Positions 1 to 13,496 of a stretch of DNA of 64,000 bases are shown here, piece by piece. The notes beneath the pieces are model-generated. The model saw nothing but the letters and a program-made list of their open reading frames with translations, was not told the DNA's origin and did no database searches. The stretch comes from Octopus sinensis (Eukaryota). The stretch is taken from positions 45,322,001-45,386,000 of the forward strand of contig NC_043003.1 of the NCBI RefSeq assembly GCF_006345805.1. The letters are read 5' to 3'. Both the position numbers and the translations under genes were made by a program. The first letter of the stretch is position 1. Every line of letters starts with the position of its first letter.

Positions 1-15
1 CCTAAATTATGAGTC

Positions 16-210
16 ATAATAATAATAATAATAATAATGATGATGATGATGATGATGATGAAGAGGGGGGGGAGGAGGAGAAGAGAAGAAGAAGAAGAAG
101 AAGAAGAAGAAGAAGAAAAGAAGAAGAAGAAGAAGAAGAAGAAGAAGAAGAAGAAGAAGAAAAAGAAGAAGAAGAAGAAGATGATGATGAATGATGATGA
201 TGATGGTGAT
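16..210. repeat. Compound trinucleotide microsatellite (AAT)n-(GAT)n-(GAA)n-(GAT)n
   Basis: Read directly; explains the poly-N/D/E/K/R ORFs at the window start. Confidence 0.95.
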
Positions 211-505
211 GATCTGGAAATAGAGGAAACTCGAATGTGGAGTCTAAAAACAGAAACAATTCCTATCATAGTAGGTGCATTAGGTATGATAAAAAAAATA
301 TTCAGACAAATATACAACAAAAACAACAGGACTTACAAGTATATATAACATACAGAAATTAGCACTACTAGGCAGTGCACACATCCTACGTTGAACACTT
401 TCAATTCAGTGAAAATAAGAGCATCATAACTAACTAACCGCAGCACATAGCCTAGGATCACAGAGCTGCGCTCTGTAGTGTAGAGAAAGCACGTGATAAA
501 TACTA

Positions 506-508
<3 letters not shown>
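211..508 (+). mobile_element. 5'-truncated R4/Dong-like (RLE-clade) non-LTR retrotransposon, 3' end
   Basis: Translates DLEIEETRMWSLKTETIPIIVGALGMIKK and is colinear with the copy at 842-1436. It ends TACTACTG followed by (AAT)n at 509-582. Confidence 0.85.
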
Positions 509-585
<77 letters not shown>

Positions 586-591
586 GAAGAA

Positions 592-774
592 TGCCACATC
601 ATGTGAAATTCCCTGAACAATATTTCGGCATATAGCGTGCCTTCCACGGGTTCAAAATTACATGTCAGTCTACTTCAATTTTTGTTAAGACTATATAGGA
701 CCGAGGTAACTCATCCAGAAGTTAAACATGCTAGATGCCGAAATATTGTTCAACAAATTTCACATGATATGGCA
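592..774. repeat. Inverted repeat: 48-bp arms (592-639 / 727-774, 42/48 matching), 87-bp spacer
   Basis: Manual reverse-complement alignment: TGCCACATCATGTGAAATTCCCTGAACAATATTTCGGCATATAGCGTG vs TGCCATATCATGTGAAATTTGTTGAACAATATTTCGGCATCTAGCATG. Confidence 0.85.
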
Positions 775-841
775 CAACTTAAACAACAACAATAACAAGA
801 AGAAGAAGAAGAAGAAGAAGAAGAAGAAGAAGAAGAAGAAG

Positions 842-1433
842 GAATATATTCACAGACACGACAGAGTTGGGACCTATATACACTGGAAACTATGCCAACA
901 TTATGGAATAACAACAGAAAAAAGATGGTATAGGCACACACCAGAAAAGGTCACAGAAAACGAGAAAGCAACCATACTCTGGGATATGCCAATACACACA
1001 GATAGAGAAATTAAGGCCAACAGACCAGATATAGTTGTCAGAGATCATGAAGAAAAAAAATGTTTTCTAATTGATGTATCAATACCAGAGGATGACAACG
1101 TGTCTCTAAAAGAAATGGAGAAACTTTCAAAATACAAAGACCTGGAAATAGGGGTAACCAGAATGCGGAATCTAAAAACAGAAACAATTCCTATCATAAT
1201 AGGTGCCTTAGGCATGATAAAAACATATTCAGACAAATACATAACAAAAACACCAGGACTTACAAACACATATAACATACAGAAAATTGCACTACTAGGC
1301 ACTGCACACATCCTACGCAGAACACTTTCCATACAATAACCATCAGAGCATCACAACAATTCACAGCACATACCCAAGGCACACAGAGCTGCGCTCGGTA
1401 GTGAAGTGAAAGCACGATATAAAAAATATACTA

Positions 1434-1436
<3 letters not shown>
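842..1436 (+). mobile_element. 5'-truncated R4/Dong-like retrotransposon: C-terminal restriction-like endonuclease domain plus 3' UTR
   Basis: ORF segment RHDRV..IHWKLC..WDMPIHTDREIKANRPDIVV..CFLIDVSIP..EKLSKYKDLE..PIIIGALG..LLGTAHILRRTL is the PD-(D/E)xK RLE signature. Followed by (AAT)n at 1437-1490. Confidence 0.9.
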
Positions 1437-1491
<55 letters not shown>

Positions 1492-2369
1492 TCGATGATG
1501 ATTTCATTTATTTTGCCACCTGGATGAAGGATGAGGGACAATACAAAGACAAATATAATAATAATAATAATAGATCACTTAAACTTGTTAGGGTAGTGGG
1601 ACCCTTTAGGTCTTTTGAATCCAGCCCTTCTAGAGATGGTGGCATCTCAATAAAAATACTGGTGGCTCTGGACACCTCATCACCACTTTCCTCAGTATGA
1701 GAGTAATGGATATAAGAATTAATATTTGTATAACATGCTTACAAAATATCTAAAATGATATTGATTTGAAACAAAACACCAAATTTGTAACATATCTGAC
1801 TGAACTAATTGAAGGCTGCATTCATTTAACAAATACGTAAAGATGAAAAGCAAAGAGGACCAGGCGAGTTTTGAACTCAAAACAAAAAGCGATGTGTGTA
1901 ACTTAAATACCACAAGCAATAGTGCGCTTAGCTCTAACCGATTCTGCCAAAAACCTATCATTAGTCATTAGCTAATATTCCTTCGTCCTCTCAAAAATAT
2001 TTCTATTTTTTTTCTATTTATTTATTTATTTAATGCTAGCTACATAAAATATGTTAACACTTAAGAAATCTATTGAATTATTCTGCACTCCACGTAGCAT
2101 CACCAGCCCAGTATTCCAGGAATTGTACACCTAACGATCCTCAATAATGTTCTCACACCCCACTTACATTGCTTCATAGGCAATCACCGTGAATATGACT
2201 TCCGTTCAGCAACATCTGCCTATAGGATTCTTTACGATAAGTAATTGTCGTTTGTTTATATGTTGTTGTGAATGTTGCACAGGCATTAATGGAGAAATTT
2301 CCATATTTTAAAATAAATTTACTTTAGCTATTCCACATTCAGTTACATTCACATTCTTTCTCATTATAT

Positions 2370-2416
<47 letters not shown>

Positions 2417-3305
2417 ATATATATATGTATTGAATATACATATATAAAAATATATACATATGCATTATACATGCATCTACATGTGTATATGTGTGTGCGG
2501 GCCGTGTATATATATACATATATATATGTGTGTGTGTATGTATGTATGTATATGTATACGTATATATATATATATAATATATACACGCATAAGCATGCAA
2601 ACACTTGATCAGCTATATACATATATGCTCATAAATACACACACACACACACACCTACATACACACACAGAACAGTGATACAATTCCTGTGCTTGCGTGC
2701 ATATAAGTATGTAGTGAGATGTGATATATTAGTGTGACAGGGAGCTGTTAACAATTAATGTCCCCAAAATTAGACCACGTTCTTCATATCCATCAACCCG
2801 TGTCTTTTTCCCTTCAGTGCTCACCTAGTAAAACATGCAATGTTGATTTTGTTTTTGTTTTTTTTGGGTTTTTTTGGATTGGTTTTCTTTTTGTTTTGTT
2901 TATTTTTCCTTATTTATTTTCTCTATTATTATTCCATTTTTGGGTTTTTTTTTTGGGGGGGGGGAAATTTATTCGTTTAAAACTATTCCTAATTCAGAAT
3001 CCGTTTCACTTTCATCTGTTCTCAAACATTCTGCTAAGTCTTCTCCCACCCAACTCAATATCACATCTGCTGACAATTCGCTCTCTACAATGTCTCCGCC
3101 CTATCACATGTTTGCTGTGCGTGTACATCTGCATTTGACAATCAGTGTATATTCAGACAAACGCAACTATAAATCCATAACATACACGCGCACATACACA
3201 CAAACCATAAACTTGCACATAATTTATGTGCGTAAGCGCGCGTCTCTTTGACATATATATATATATATACATAGCAATAAACACATACACACGCGCGCGC
3301 ACACA

Positions 3306-3338
<33 letters not shown>

Positions 3339-3344
3339 GTATAT

Positions 3345-3590
3345 ATGGGTGTGGACTCGCGCTTTCGATTCCCAGACCGAGCGTTATGAGAGTTTCTTGA
3401 GCGAAAACACCTAAAGGCTTCGGCAGGGAGGGGTGGCGAAACCTGCTGTATTCTTTCACCACAACTTCCACTCTTTCTTCCTATTTCTGTTGTAGCTCTA
3501 TTTCGAAAGGCCAGCCTTGTCACACGCTGTGTCACGCTGTCTGTGGAGTGCACAGAACAACTGGAACCCTAGTCGTTGCAGTGCTTCCAA
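3345..3590 (+). mobile_element. SINE remnant, family E
   Basis: tRNA-like B-box remnant TTTCGATTCCC. Its 3' tail (TTGTCAC..TCTGTGGAGTG..CAACTGGAAC) is shared with the SINE at 21390-21700. Confidence 0.6.
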
Positions 3591-3598
3591 TATACGAA

Positions 3599-3650
<52 letters not shown>

Positions 3651-5674
3651 AAAAGAGAGAGAGAGAGAAAGCGAGAGAGATCCAGATATAGATATACGTA
3701 TATGTATGTATTTACACACACATAAATATGCATATATATATATATATATATACATACATACACATATATATATACAGATGTATATACGCACACACAAGCA
3801 CGCACATATGTAGATACATATATAACTATCTCTCTCTATATATATACATATATATGTGTGTGGTGTGTGTGTGTGTATTTATATATGTATGTGTGTGTAA
3901 AACACTGTGCGTGAAGGGCGCCCACTTTTCTTTAGGACTTGTTTCTTGAAAACAATATCGTATATAAAAATGAAGTGCAGCTAGTTTCTAATCATTTCAG
4001 CCGCTGTTATGCCATTGATTTTATGAATGATTGTATTGAAAGTGGGTTCAGTGCTGTGCAAAACTTTATCCACTCAAACACAATTTCCCACACAAGAACT
4101 TCTTAGACTCTCGGAACGCTCCCACGGTCTTACGAAATTTAAGAAATTCACTTACTTGGTTATGAGTTCGCTTGAAACCTATATACACACATATTTGTGC
4201 GTGTTTGTGTGTGTGTTTATATATAGATATATGTACATATATATATATATGTGCATGGAAAGACACATACATACATATATATATATATATATATGAGTAT
4301 GTATGTATGTATGTATGTATGTATGTATGTATGTATGTATGTATGTATGTATGTATATATACGTGTACGATTATGTATATGTATGTATGTATATGTTATG
4401 TGTGTTGGTGCAACCACAGAAGTTTCTTTCTTTTTACTTCTTATTTGTTTCTGTTTTTTTATGTTCTTCTTGGGGATTGGTCTTTTTACAGTACTCGAAA
4501 TGCTTTATACACTCTTGAAGGGTGCGCACTTATTTAGACATATAATACGTCATTATTTTGATGTTTACAAATGTTTACAATTAAATAATTAATTGTACCC
4601 GGGAAGAATACAATCTATATTAAAAGAGAATAGTTAGGTTGAAATTCTATGTGTTATTGCTTCAGATAAACTTGTTAAGTAATACTGAAAAAATGCAAGA
4701 TTAAAAACAAAGTAAGCAACTAAAAAAAAATAAACAGAACAACAATTATAATTTAAACTTATATTTCACCATTTCGTTCTAATTAATTCTCCTTCAGGAC
4801 AGTAGAGAATAATGTGTTAGTTAAATATGTGGTGGCAAGCACAGACTGAAGTTGTTATGATAACAACATCATGCGTATTTAAATAAATATTTTATATATA
4901 TTGTTTTCCGATGATTATGTATGAAATTCTGCATTTCTAGGAGGCATTCAAGAGTCATATCAATTGCACTGTTTTTATTTGCGAGAATGTGAATATCAAT
5001 GTTTACATTGGTTGATTAGTTGCTAGTAAAACTTGAAATGATCCGAGTTTTACTAGGTGAAGAAATTCCCTGATCTCAGAGTTTCCAGATATCCGCCTGC
5101 ACTGCACAGCTGTAAATGTTTCAGTGAGACCCTGCATGTATCGCATAACACGCCGAAACACTTAACTAGAAAAAAGGATTTTTCAATCACCTGACACAAA
5201 CAAAGTTCTCTCTTGGCTAACTTTAAACAATTAATTACTACGACACATATCATATATAATTGTTACAATACATTCCAATGAAGCACCACTTTACATGAGA
5301 GTCTAACTGCTTTTCCACTAACAACGTTACTCACTGCATTTTTGATAGCTCTTAATATTTCCTGCATAGAACAGCTGAATAAGGCTCTTGAAGGATGGGC
5401 AGATAAAGGAAACAAAGCACTTGAAGAATGTAACATTTTGAAATTAACAAAATGTGAAACAGCTCAACATGTCCTAGGCAAACTAGTGCAAAAAACATCA
5501 AGATTCAACGAAAATGATATCCAACTACAGTCACTGCAGGAGGAGAGGACCATTGCAAAGGCAAGGCAGCTAAAATACAACACAAGGTCTAACAGAGGGA
5601 AAATTAGTGGAAGTAAGAAGAAAGCTGCAACAATATAGTAGGTAGTGTATGGGTGTGTAAGTGGTGTGTGTTTT

Positions 5675-5725
<51 letters not shown>

Positions 5726-5728
<3 letters not shown>

Positions 5729-6285
5729 CAAAACGCCCCCCGTTAAATGGACGGTGCTGAGTTGTCAAACATTTAAACCAAATTTTCTCAAAATCACTTG
5801 TCCGACCGTTCCATAGTCCTCTCCTTTTAGAAACACAGATTTAACCTAAATTTGAGTCACCAGCAAAATATGAAATAAAGATAGACTTTTTTCTGTTCCA
5901 AAGAAAAACGATTTTATTCACAAAAATATGCAACCGAAGAGTTTAAAGTACCAGTAATGATAAGGCTGTTGACTGGGGGAGCACAAACATGGTTTAAACA
6001 GTAAGCTTGGCAGGAAAGAAACGTGCCTTTAAGCAGTACAAAAACAACAAAAAATGCAAGGCGCAGTTGTGTACGGGTTGACGGAAGAAAAGCAGGATAA
6101 AAACGGCTTTATCGATCGTATTCCCACCTGGAATCGATTTTTGTAATTCTTTTCAGGAATTCTACACGCTCTGATACCGTCGGTATCTACATATCCAATT
6201 TGAGCGCAATAGGATGGAGGTTGCCCGAAATCCTAGAAGACATACATACACACAGACAGACAACACGGATTTTATATAATAAATA
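5726..6285 (+). mobile_element. Possible non-autonomous Helitron/Helentron-like element
   Basis: The 3' end CCAATTTGAGCGCAATAGGATG..CATACACACAGACAGAC..TTTTATATATAA resembles my recollection of DINE-1/HINE-like termini. It sits between (TA)n tracts; the 5' boundary is uncertain. Confidence 0.3.
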
Positions 6286-6293
6286 CACGAGTG

Positions 6294-6335
<42 letters not shown>

Positions 6336-6990
6336 TATGCATATATGTAGATGTGTGTATATATGTGTTTATGTATGTATGTATCTATGTACGTATGTAT
6401 GCATGTACATATGTGTGCGTGCGCGTGTGTCTGTGCGTGCGTTCATGCATATGTATGTGTATGTCTGTGTGTATTTGTGTGTGTGCGCGCGCAACGGCAA
6501 TGGAAGAATATCCAGGTTTATGTTTGTTTATTATTTGGTCTCTTAATACATTCTCTAAAAATGTGAGGTATACCAAAATATCCATCCATAACTATTACAT
6601 TTGGAAAAGCCAAATTACAGGGAATATTAAAGTTGTTAAGTACCCAGAAATATTATGAAAATTATGGATGTTATTATAATTAATTTCTGGACTGAAAGCG
6701 CAATATGGAGGTTGATATATATAAAGAACCGTAATACGTAAATAAACCCTGTAATATTACCAAATACAACGAGAAATTACACAGAAAATTGTAATGATAT
6801 TTTGAGGAGTATCTTTAACTAAAATCTACATAAATACATCAGCATAAAACATCTATAGTTAAACATATGATTTAGGAACGGTACTCTCTACAATAGTTTA
6901 TCCCCAGTAAACAGGTACCATCTTACTATAAAAAGGAAATAATATCAAAATAATAAATGACACTTTTGGACAAACGTTATACAAGTTATA

Positions 6991-7155
6991 GGCGTAGGAG
7001 TGGCTTTGTGTTAAGTAGCTTGCTTACCAACCACACGGTTCCGGATTCAGTCTCACTACGTGGCACCTTGCGCAAGTGTCTTCTACTATAGCCTCGGGCC
7101 GACCAAAGCCTTGTGAGTGGATTTGGCAGACGGAAACTGTAAGAAGCCCGTTGTG

Positions 7156-7194
<39 letters not shown>

Positions 7195-7423
7195 GTATGT
7201 TTGTGTATATGTTTGTGTGTCTTTGTTTGTCCCACCATCATAGCTTGATAACCGATGCTGGTGTGTTTACGTCCCAGTAACTTAGCGGTTCGGCAAAAGA
7301 GATCGATAGAATAAGTACTAGGCTTACAGAGAACATGTCCTGGAGTTGATTTGCTCGACTACGGGCGGTGCTCCAGCATAGCCACAATCAAATGACTGAA
7401 ACAAGTAAAAGAGAGTAAAAGAG
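6991..7423 (+). mobile_element. Full-length tRNA-derived SINE, family B (CORE-like), with internal microsatellite
   Basis: A-box-like TGGCTTTGTGTT and B-box-like GATTCAGTC. CORE-like GCACCTTGCGCAAGTG, internal (TA)n/(TG)n, and tail CTCCAGCAT..ATGACTGAAACAAGTAAAAGAG. Homologous to copies at 19.9/20.7, 23.4 and 36.9/38.3 kb. Confidence 0.85.
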
Positions 7424-9521
7424 AGGGAGAGAGTTTTATTTTATCCAACACATATGAGATCTTGGTCATAGAACTGTGACATGAAAGTCGCTGAGAGATA
7501 TTGGGAAATAATGAAAAATCATTGAAACACAGAAGCGAATGTAAGGAGATTTGTAATATGCAATAAAGGAACAATACAGCAAAAGCAAACAAAAATGCAT
7601 ATCTTCTGGAAACTAAAACCCAGGCAACCGACAACATACGAAACAAATAATATCCTAGAAGCTAGAGAAAACATTACAATATAGCTCGCCATTCACAAAA
7701 CATATAAGTCTGCAAAAGAAAGAGAACAACAAACAGAAGTGACCACAGCTTCAATAGATAAGACCTTAAAATACGATGACAATGCCACAGGAAGCAGTAA
7801 ACACAGCAAAAAATGCTTTACACCAAACGAGAAAAATAAAGAAAAAATGACAATGCGATAATGGACATTACACGACTCTCCGTGGATCGGCCAAAACACA
7901 GCCACACTTAACCAAACACTAAAAAATAGACATCATAAAAAAACAGAAACCGCAATTGATGAACTAATGTTGCCATTGAGAGATACCTGGGAGAAGCAGT
8001 AAAAGAAATAAAAGAGCGTATTTAATAATCAATGAAAAATATGGATAAAAGGAAACTTCTGTCCATCTGTACATGGACAAACAACATCCCAAATGGATGG
8101 AGTTGCAAGACATCACGTCACACCAATTTATCTATTATTCGAAAATCGCTACACTGAACGATCTCCACTGTTTACTAGTGAAAAGAAAGCAGATTTGATC
8201 TCAACTGGATAAAGCACTCCTTCGGCCAACCTAGCAAAAAAGAAAAAAAAATGGACAGAAGATATATTACTTAACAAAGAGAGAAAAACAACCGGAAATG
8301 TCAATCTTTACGCGACGAAACGATAAATGTCAAATCTGATAGAGGTGTATTATATATATATATATATATATATACGAAAACAATATACTCACAGAATAAC
8401 AGAGAGGTTTGCCTGTAATCATATTAGCAAATCTATGGAAGGTAAAATGTTAAAGGTTTGGAAAAGAAAGCTTTTCTTCATAGAAAACAAGAAATTTTGG
8501 CCAAACTTCCCTGGGGCATTTAGATAGACGTAACACTAGATGAAAAAATATAGGAGGAAGTTGTAAGCTGTTATTGAGGTAGAACACTTTCCGTTTTGTC
8601 ATCTCATGCTTGATGTATCATGTTAGATTTAGAAACGATATATTTATATGGAGATCTTTCAATGTCCCAATAACTAGTATACAGTCAATCTCTTTCTATT
8701 TTTTTCTTCAATGATCCCTTTAAGCATTCACAAAGAAATGGGAGTCAGGAACAAGAAATATTATGATCAATCAAAGTGAAACCAGAAAAAAATACGAAAC
8801 AACAAAGTTTCACCACAACACATAACAATGTTTTCAAAAGCACTTTGAAAGTTGCAAACAACTTGAAAATATCTAAGATTGACAAAGATACAGATCCTGA
8901 AATATATAACCAGTTCGCACGAATGGATTAACAAACAGACCAGAATCAGTATCGCAATGGTTAATAAAGAGAAAATAATATTCATTGCCAACATCAGAAA
9001 TAAACACATTTGCACACCCATCACATGTTTGCTAATAACACAGGCCTCCTTTACATCTGTACGCTACAACTATTTTATCTTACCAAATGAAAATGAGACT
9101 TGGAAATGGGTGGATGGCAGTAATGATCAACTAAAGTAAATTGTGCGATTAGCAATTCAATTTTTTAAATACAAATAAATAAGTATTTAGTACGGTGTGA
9201 ATTCATTGCTGAGAAACATTATGCAACAGACTACACTTTTCTAAACCATGAAGAAAAACAAAAACCGACAAACCAAATTTCAGAAGGTTAGCTCAATCCA
9301 GAAGATATCTCTTTTAGGCTACAGACCTCAACATACGCATGACATTCCCAGTTCAATCCCAAAATCCACACTTCGCATATTCTTTGCACAACCCATAGAT
9401 AAAACAAGTTTCACGGTTTATACTCTGTAATCCTCGTCCAATAAAATACGTGAACGAATGTTCCAAATAAACAATACCCGGCGTTTATAAACGATACTAC
9501 AACAATAATAATATAAACGCT

Positions 9522-9735
9522 AAGGCGATGAGCTGGCAGAACTGTTAGCACGACAGACGAAATATTAAGCATTATTTCCTCTGTCTTTATGTTCTGAGTT
9601 CAAATTCCGCCAAGTTCGACTTTGTCTTTTATCATTTCAGGGTTGATAAAATAAGTACCAAGTGAGCACTGGGATCGATGTAATCGACTTATCCCCTACC
9701 CTCAACTCGCTGGCCTTGTGCCAAAATTTGAAACC
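9522..9735 (+). mobile_element. tRNA-derived SINE, family A
   Basis: Head AAGGCG..GAGCTGGCAGAA, B-box GAGTTCAAATTCC, core TTTGTCTTTTATCATTTCAGGGTTGATAAAATAAGTACC, tail CCAAAATTTGAAACC. Confidence 0.85.
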
Positions 9736-10249
9736 AGCAATAATACATAAATAGATGACAAATATGGAGAACGGCACAAGGCGATACCGTGTGAGACTGA
9801 ATAAAAGATATGTAGAAAATAAAATAATAAAATATTGAAGAAAAAATAAGTCTGATAAAGGCTAAAACCACCGAGGGCTATTCGCCGAAATACCACAGAC
9901 CCGCGGTAGGCCTGACCACTAAGTTAAATGCGCTTTCCTCAAATCTACGGGCGCATGCTAGAAGCCGGTGGGTACATTGGATGCCATGCTCACCTCTCTA
10001 GTCAGTCTCTCAACAAATTTGCTGGGATACGGCACCTTACCCTCCACCTTCATTTTGCATTTTCAAGGAAAATTAAAACATTTTTTGATGGCTTGACTGA
10101 AAAGAAATATATCTATCTTCGGTCACTTAATTCTCGTTTAACACTGAACATTTTTCGCCAAGACTTCCAGTCTGATGAAAATTGCGTATCATTCCAAGCC
10201 AGATGAAGGCGATAATATGAACTGTACAATGCATTCAACTGATAGCCAT

Positions 10250-11600
10250 ATTCGTGACACATTTGACTTCAGATTTTTTTTTAACAAGCAGTACTCGAGA
10301 ACTAGAAGTGTACTTGCAAGAACAGTTTTGTCGCTCTGCGCGCATCCTGCATAGGTCCAGATGAGGTCACTATCGTGACTGCAGAGTTTTTCTCAAACTG
10401 GCAACCACCTTGGTAACATTACTGGGCCAGGGATTCATGGAAAGTATCCATGGGTCCAGAGTCAAATGACCTCGGGAACAGGCTTGCCAGTTGATTTCGG
10501 TCGTTGCCTAGGGTCTTTACAAGGACAGCACACTCTTCACCGCCACTACTTCTCTTTAAATGTCTGACCGCATAGTCTGACTATTAGGTGGCTGAGAGTG
10601 CTTGACATCATTCCATTTGCCAAACGCTTTACCACAGTCTGTGTTTCACTCAGAACTGTAATACTATCAAACGGCTATCAAACATTTTCCTTGTGATGCA
10701 ATTATTATCGCAGCCTCAACGCTCTCCTATGCATCATAAGCCACTGATTGCCTATTCTGCCATTCGGCGGGTATTGATAGCAAATGGAGATCCTGGGCAG
10801 TTAAATGATCTCCTTCTACAAAATGTGGAGTAAATGTTCTAGTCTGCTCATAGGTAAACTGGGGAAGACAAGCAGTTTATCGGTAAAAGATGATGATGAT
10901 ATCGACGTTCACTACCTCTCCACGGACAGTTTTCTTTCGGTTGTTTTCTGGTTGAGACTAATTCGTTTTAATTCTCCTCCGTCTGGAGATCTGGACTGTA
11001 CTAAATTCCAAGAGTTCAACCTCCTTGCAGAGCCCCACGATTTTGTTCGAAGACAAGGATTTGCAGCCCCTCCCAAGCATTTTGTGACTGAGTTTGTACG
11101 CGTCACCGCCTTGTATTCCATTAAATGAGGATCAATGAACAAGTATCAACCTATCTAAAGCTTTTGATTGATGTAAGCGGTTCAAGGCCTCCACCTGCGC
11201 CAGGTTTGTTACTCACCCTCTGTATCTGTATTGCACTTTGTTGATGCTGTCGTAGATAGAACTGTTCGAAATTGTGCACTTCATACATCACCACAAGATA
11301 ACTGAAGACAAGCTTCAAACTCTTAGCTAACACCTTGTCCAAAATCGTGGACTTTGCGTTTAGTAAACTAGTGGGATGATGGTTATCCATGTAACCCTCT
11401 TACCTTCTTGTTTGGGTCCCTTCTCAGCAATGCAACATTCCTTCTCTCACAGATCTGGGTACACTGCCGTTCTGTTGCCAATAATAATAGATATCTGTAA
11501 AGAGGATGCAGAACGAGTCTGAAGCGCAGAAGTAAAGATTTTTGTTTAAACCATCCAAACCAGGCGATTTCCCCCTTACTTCTGTGTAACAAGCCATCGT
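10250..11600 (-). mobile_element. Heavily decayed L1/Tx1-like LINE ORF2 (reverse transcriptase) remnant
   Basis: Minus-strand HHPTSLLNAKSTILDKVLAKSLKLV resembles RT motif YRPISLLNxDxKILAKVL. TYAGCAQSDKTVLAS (~10312-10356) resembles LSxxGRxxLIKSVL. Many stops and frameshifts; 10880-11075 may be a separate insertion. Confidence 0.55.
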
Positions 11601-11859
11601 TTCAGGAAAATCACAACCTTTGCCGGCTTTTTGCAACACTCTAACTCTAAACTCTATTGCCGACAGTGTAAATTGTGTTCGGCTTGTATTTATAATGTTG
11701 CTGATGTCTATAGTGATGGTCGTATATTGTAGTGGTGGTCGAGGTAGGATGTGATCGTGTTGATAGTATTAGTGTAATTTTTAAGGACGCTGTTGTTGTA
11801 TCTTTTATTTTTTCTTTGTTGAAAGACAACGTACGACTGATGTAGAGACGCAAACCATC

Positions 11860-12180
11860 GAACGGGTTGATGTCCACAACAAATGAAAGAGGAAAGAAGA
11901 ACCAAACTGCTGCAGACGCCTTTTGTCACACCAGGAATAACAACAATAACTAAAGCAGAAGCAATGCTAAAAAGAACGGCGTGCAACCACAACAACAGTA
12001 ACAGCAACAACAACGACTGAAACAGTAAAATTAACAGCCACGAAAGCATGAGTAACAACATTACAAACAGTATCAGCAACAACAACATCCAGAGTGGAAG
12101 CAGCAAGAACAAAAGCAACCAAAAACAGCTTCGCCACCCACAAGGGAAACCAAGGGGAAAAGCATTGCAACAAAAAAGCT
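11860..12180. repeat. Degenerate (CAA/CAG)-rich low-complexity tract
   Basis: Read directly; source of the Leu/Val-rich minus-strand ORFs. Confidence 0.8.
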
Positions 12181-12856
12181 GGGAGGTCCTTTTAACCTCC
12201 TAACATTTTTTTTTTTTTCATTGGCAAGCTTTTTCCTCTTTTCTATTTCTTTCTAGCGGGGCCATTCTGCTATACAACCTCTTCCCCGTCACCTTCGCCA
12301 CACGACATGCCTGAGTGGCCCAAAGCGGGGAGAGGTGTGTCATTTGGAGTGGCGTGCATTGTAGTTTTGATCTGTGGTTGTACTTTTTATTCTGTTTGCT
12401 ATTGTTGTCGGTGATGTGATATCTCTTGGGGTGAAACTTGTTTTTTGATTTGCTTTTCTGGCTCTTTTATAGGAATATTAAATCGAACGCAACTCTTGAG
12501 AGATACTTTATATTATCGATCCACAAATGTTCAAAGGCAAAGATGACCGAATCATGATTTGAACTCAGAACATAGAGGGCAGTAAATAAATAGAACAGCA
12601 ATTTTGTCTGACACACTGACGATCATGTGTAGAGAAGGCTTACTGTTAATATGTTAATAGATTATTGAAGGTGATCTAAATGGATTAGTGTTGTAACTCA
12701 AACTGTCAGCTATTCGTGAAAAGCACTCGTACATTAAGTTTGATTCTCAAGGAACGACACTTTGACGAGAGAACCATTCACACATTTATATATACACACC
12801 GGTATGTTTCATCAACAACAATAACATATCAATTACACGAAAACACGTAGGCAAAC

Positions 12857-12922
<66 letters not shown>

Positions 12923-13447
12923 GTATGTATGTATGTATGCATGTGTGTGTGTATGTGTGTGTGTGAGTGTAAATGTAATAATAAATATATACTCACATGG
13001 TGGAATTTCATTGTACATGATAAACACATATATATAAGCATGCATGCATATTTGTAATATTGAAATGCCTATATACATATACATACATATAAGCACATAC
13101 CAAAATCCGAACTACAATAACATTTCTCCAGAATGCAATATAAGCACGGCGATGTCTATCTCTCCTTTTGCGCGTGTATGTGTGTGTATATATATATATA
13201 TATATGTGTGTGTGTGGTGTGTGTGTGTGTGTGTGTGCATATATGTGTGCGTGTGTGTGTAATAATGTTTGATTTTATACTATGATAAAAACAATTTTAC
13301 GTTAGACTAAAGGATTACTCAATACATTTGGTAGAATACAAAATCTATTGTTTTTAACAAAAATATTATTTAAAGCGACTTGGATGTCTCGGCCAGCTAA
13401 GCCGTCATCGGACTCTCTCACCCTCTCTCTCTATATCTCTCTATCCC

Positions 13448-13496
<49 letters not shown>

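Noticed and set aside
8780-9140. A-rich segment with KQTRISIAMV..IANI, faintly like Penelope RT (QxxGxAMG..ANI)
   Set aside because: The similarity is too weak by eye and there is no YxDD. A profile HMM search would decide; a hit would matter as a candidate partner for the hammerhead elements.
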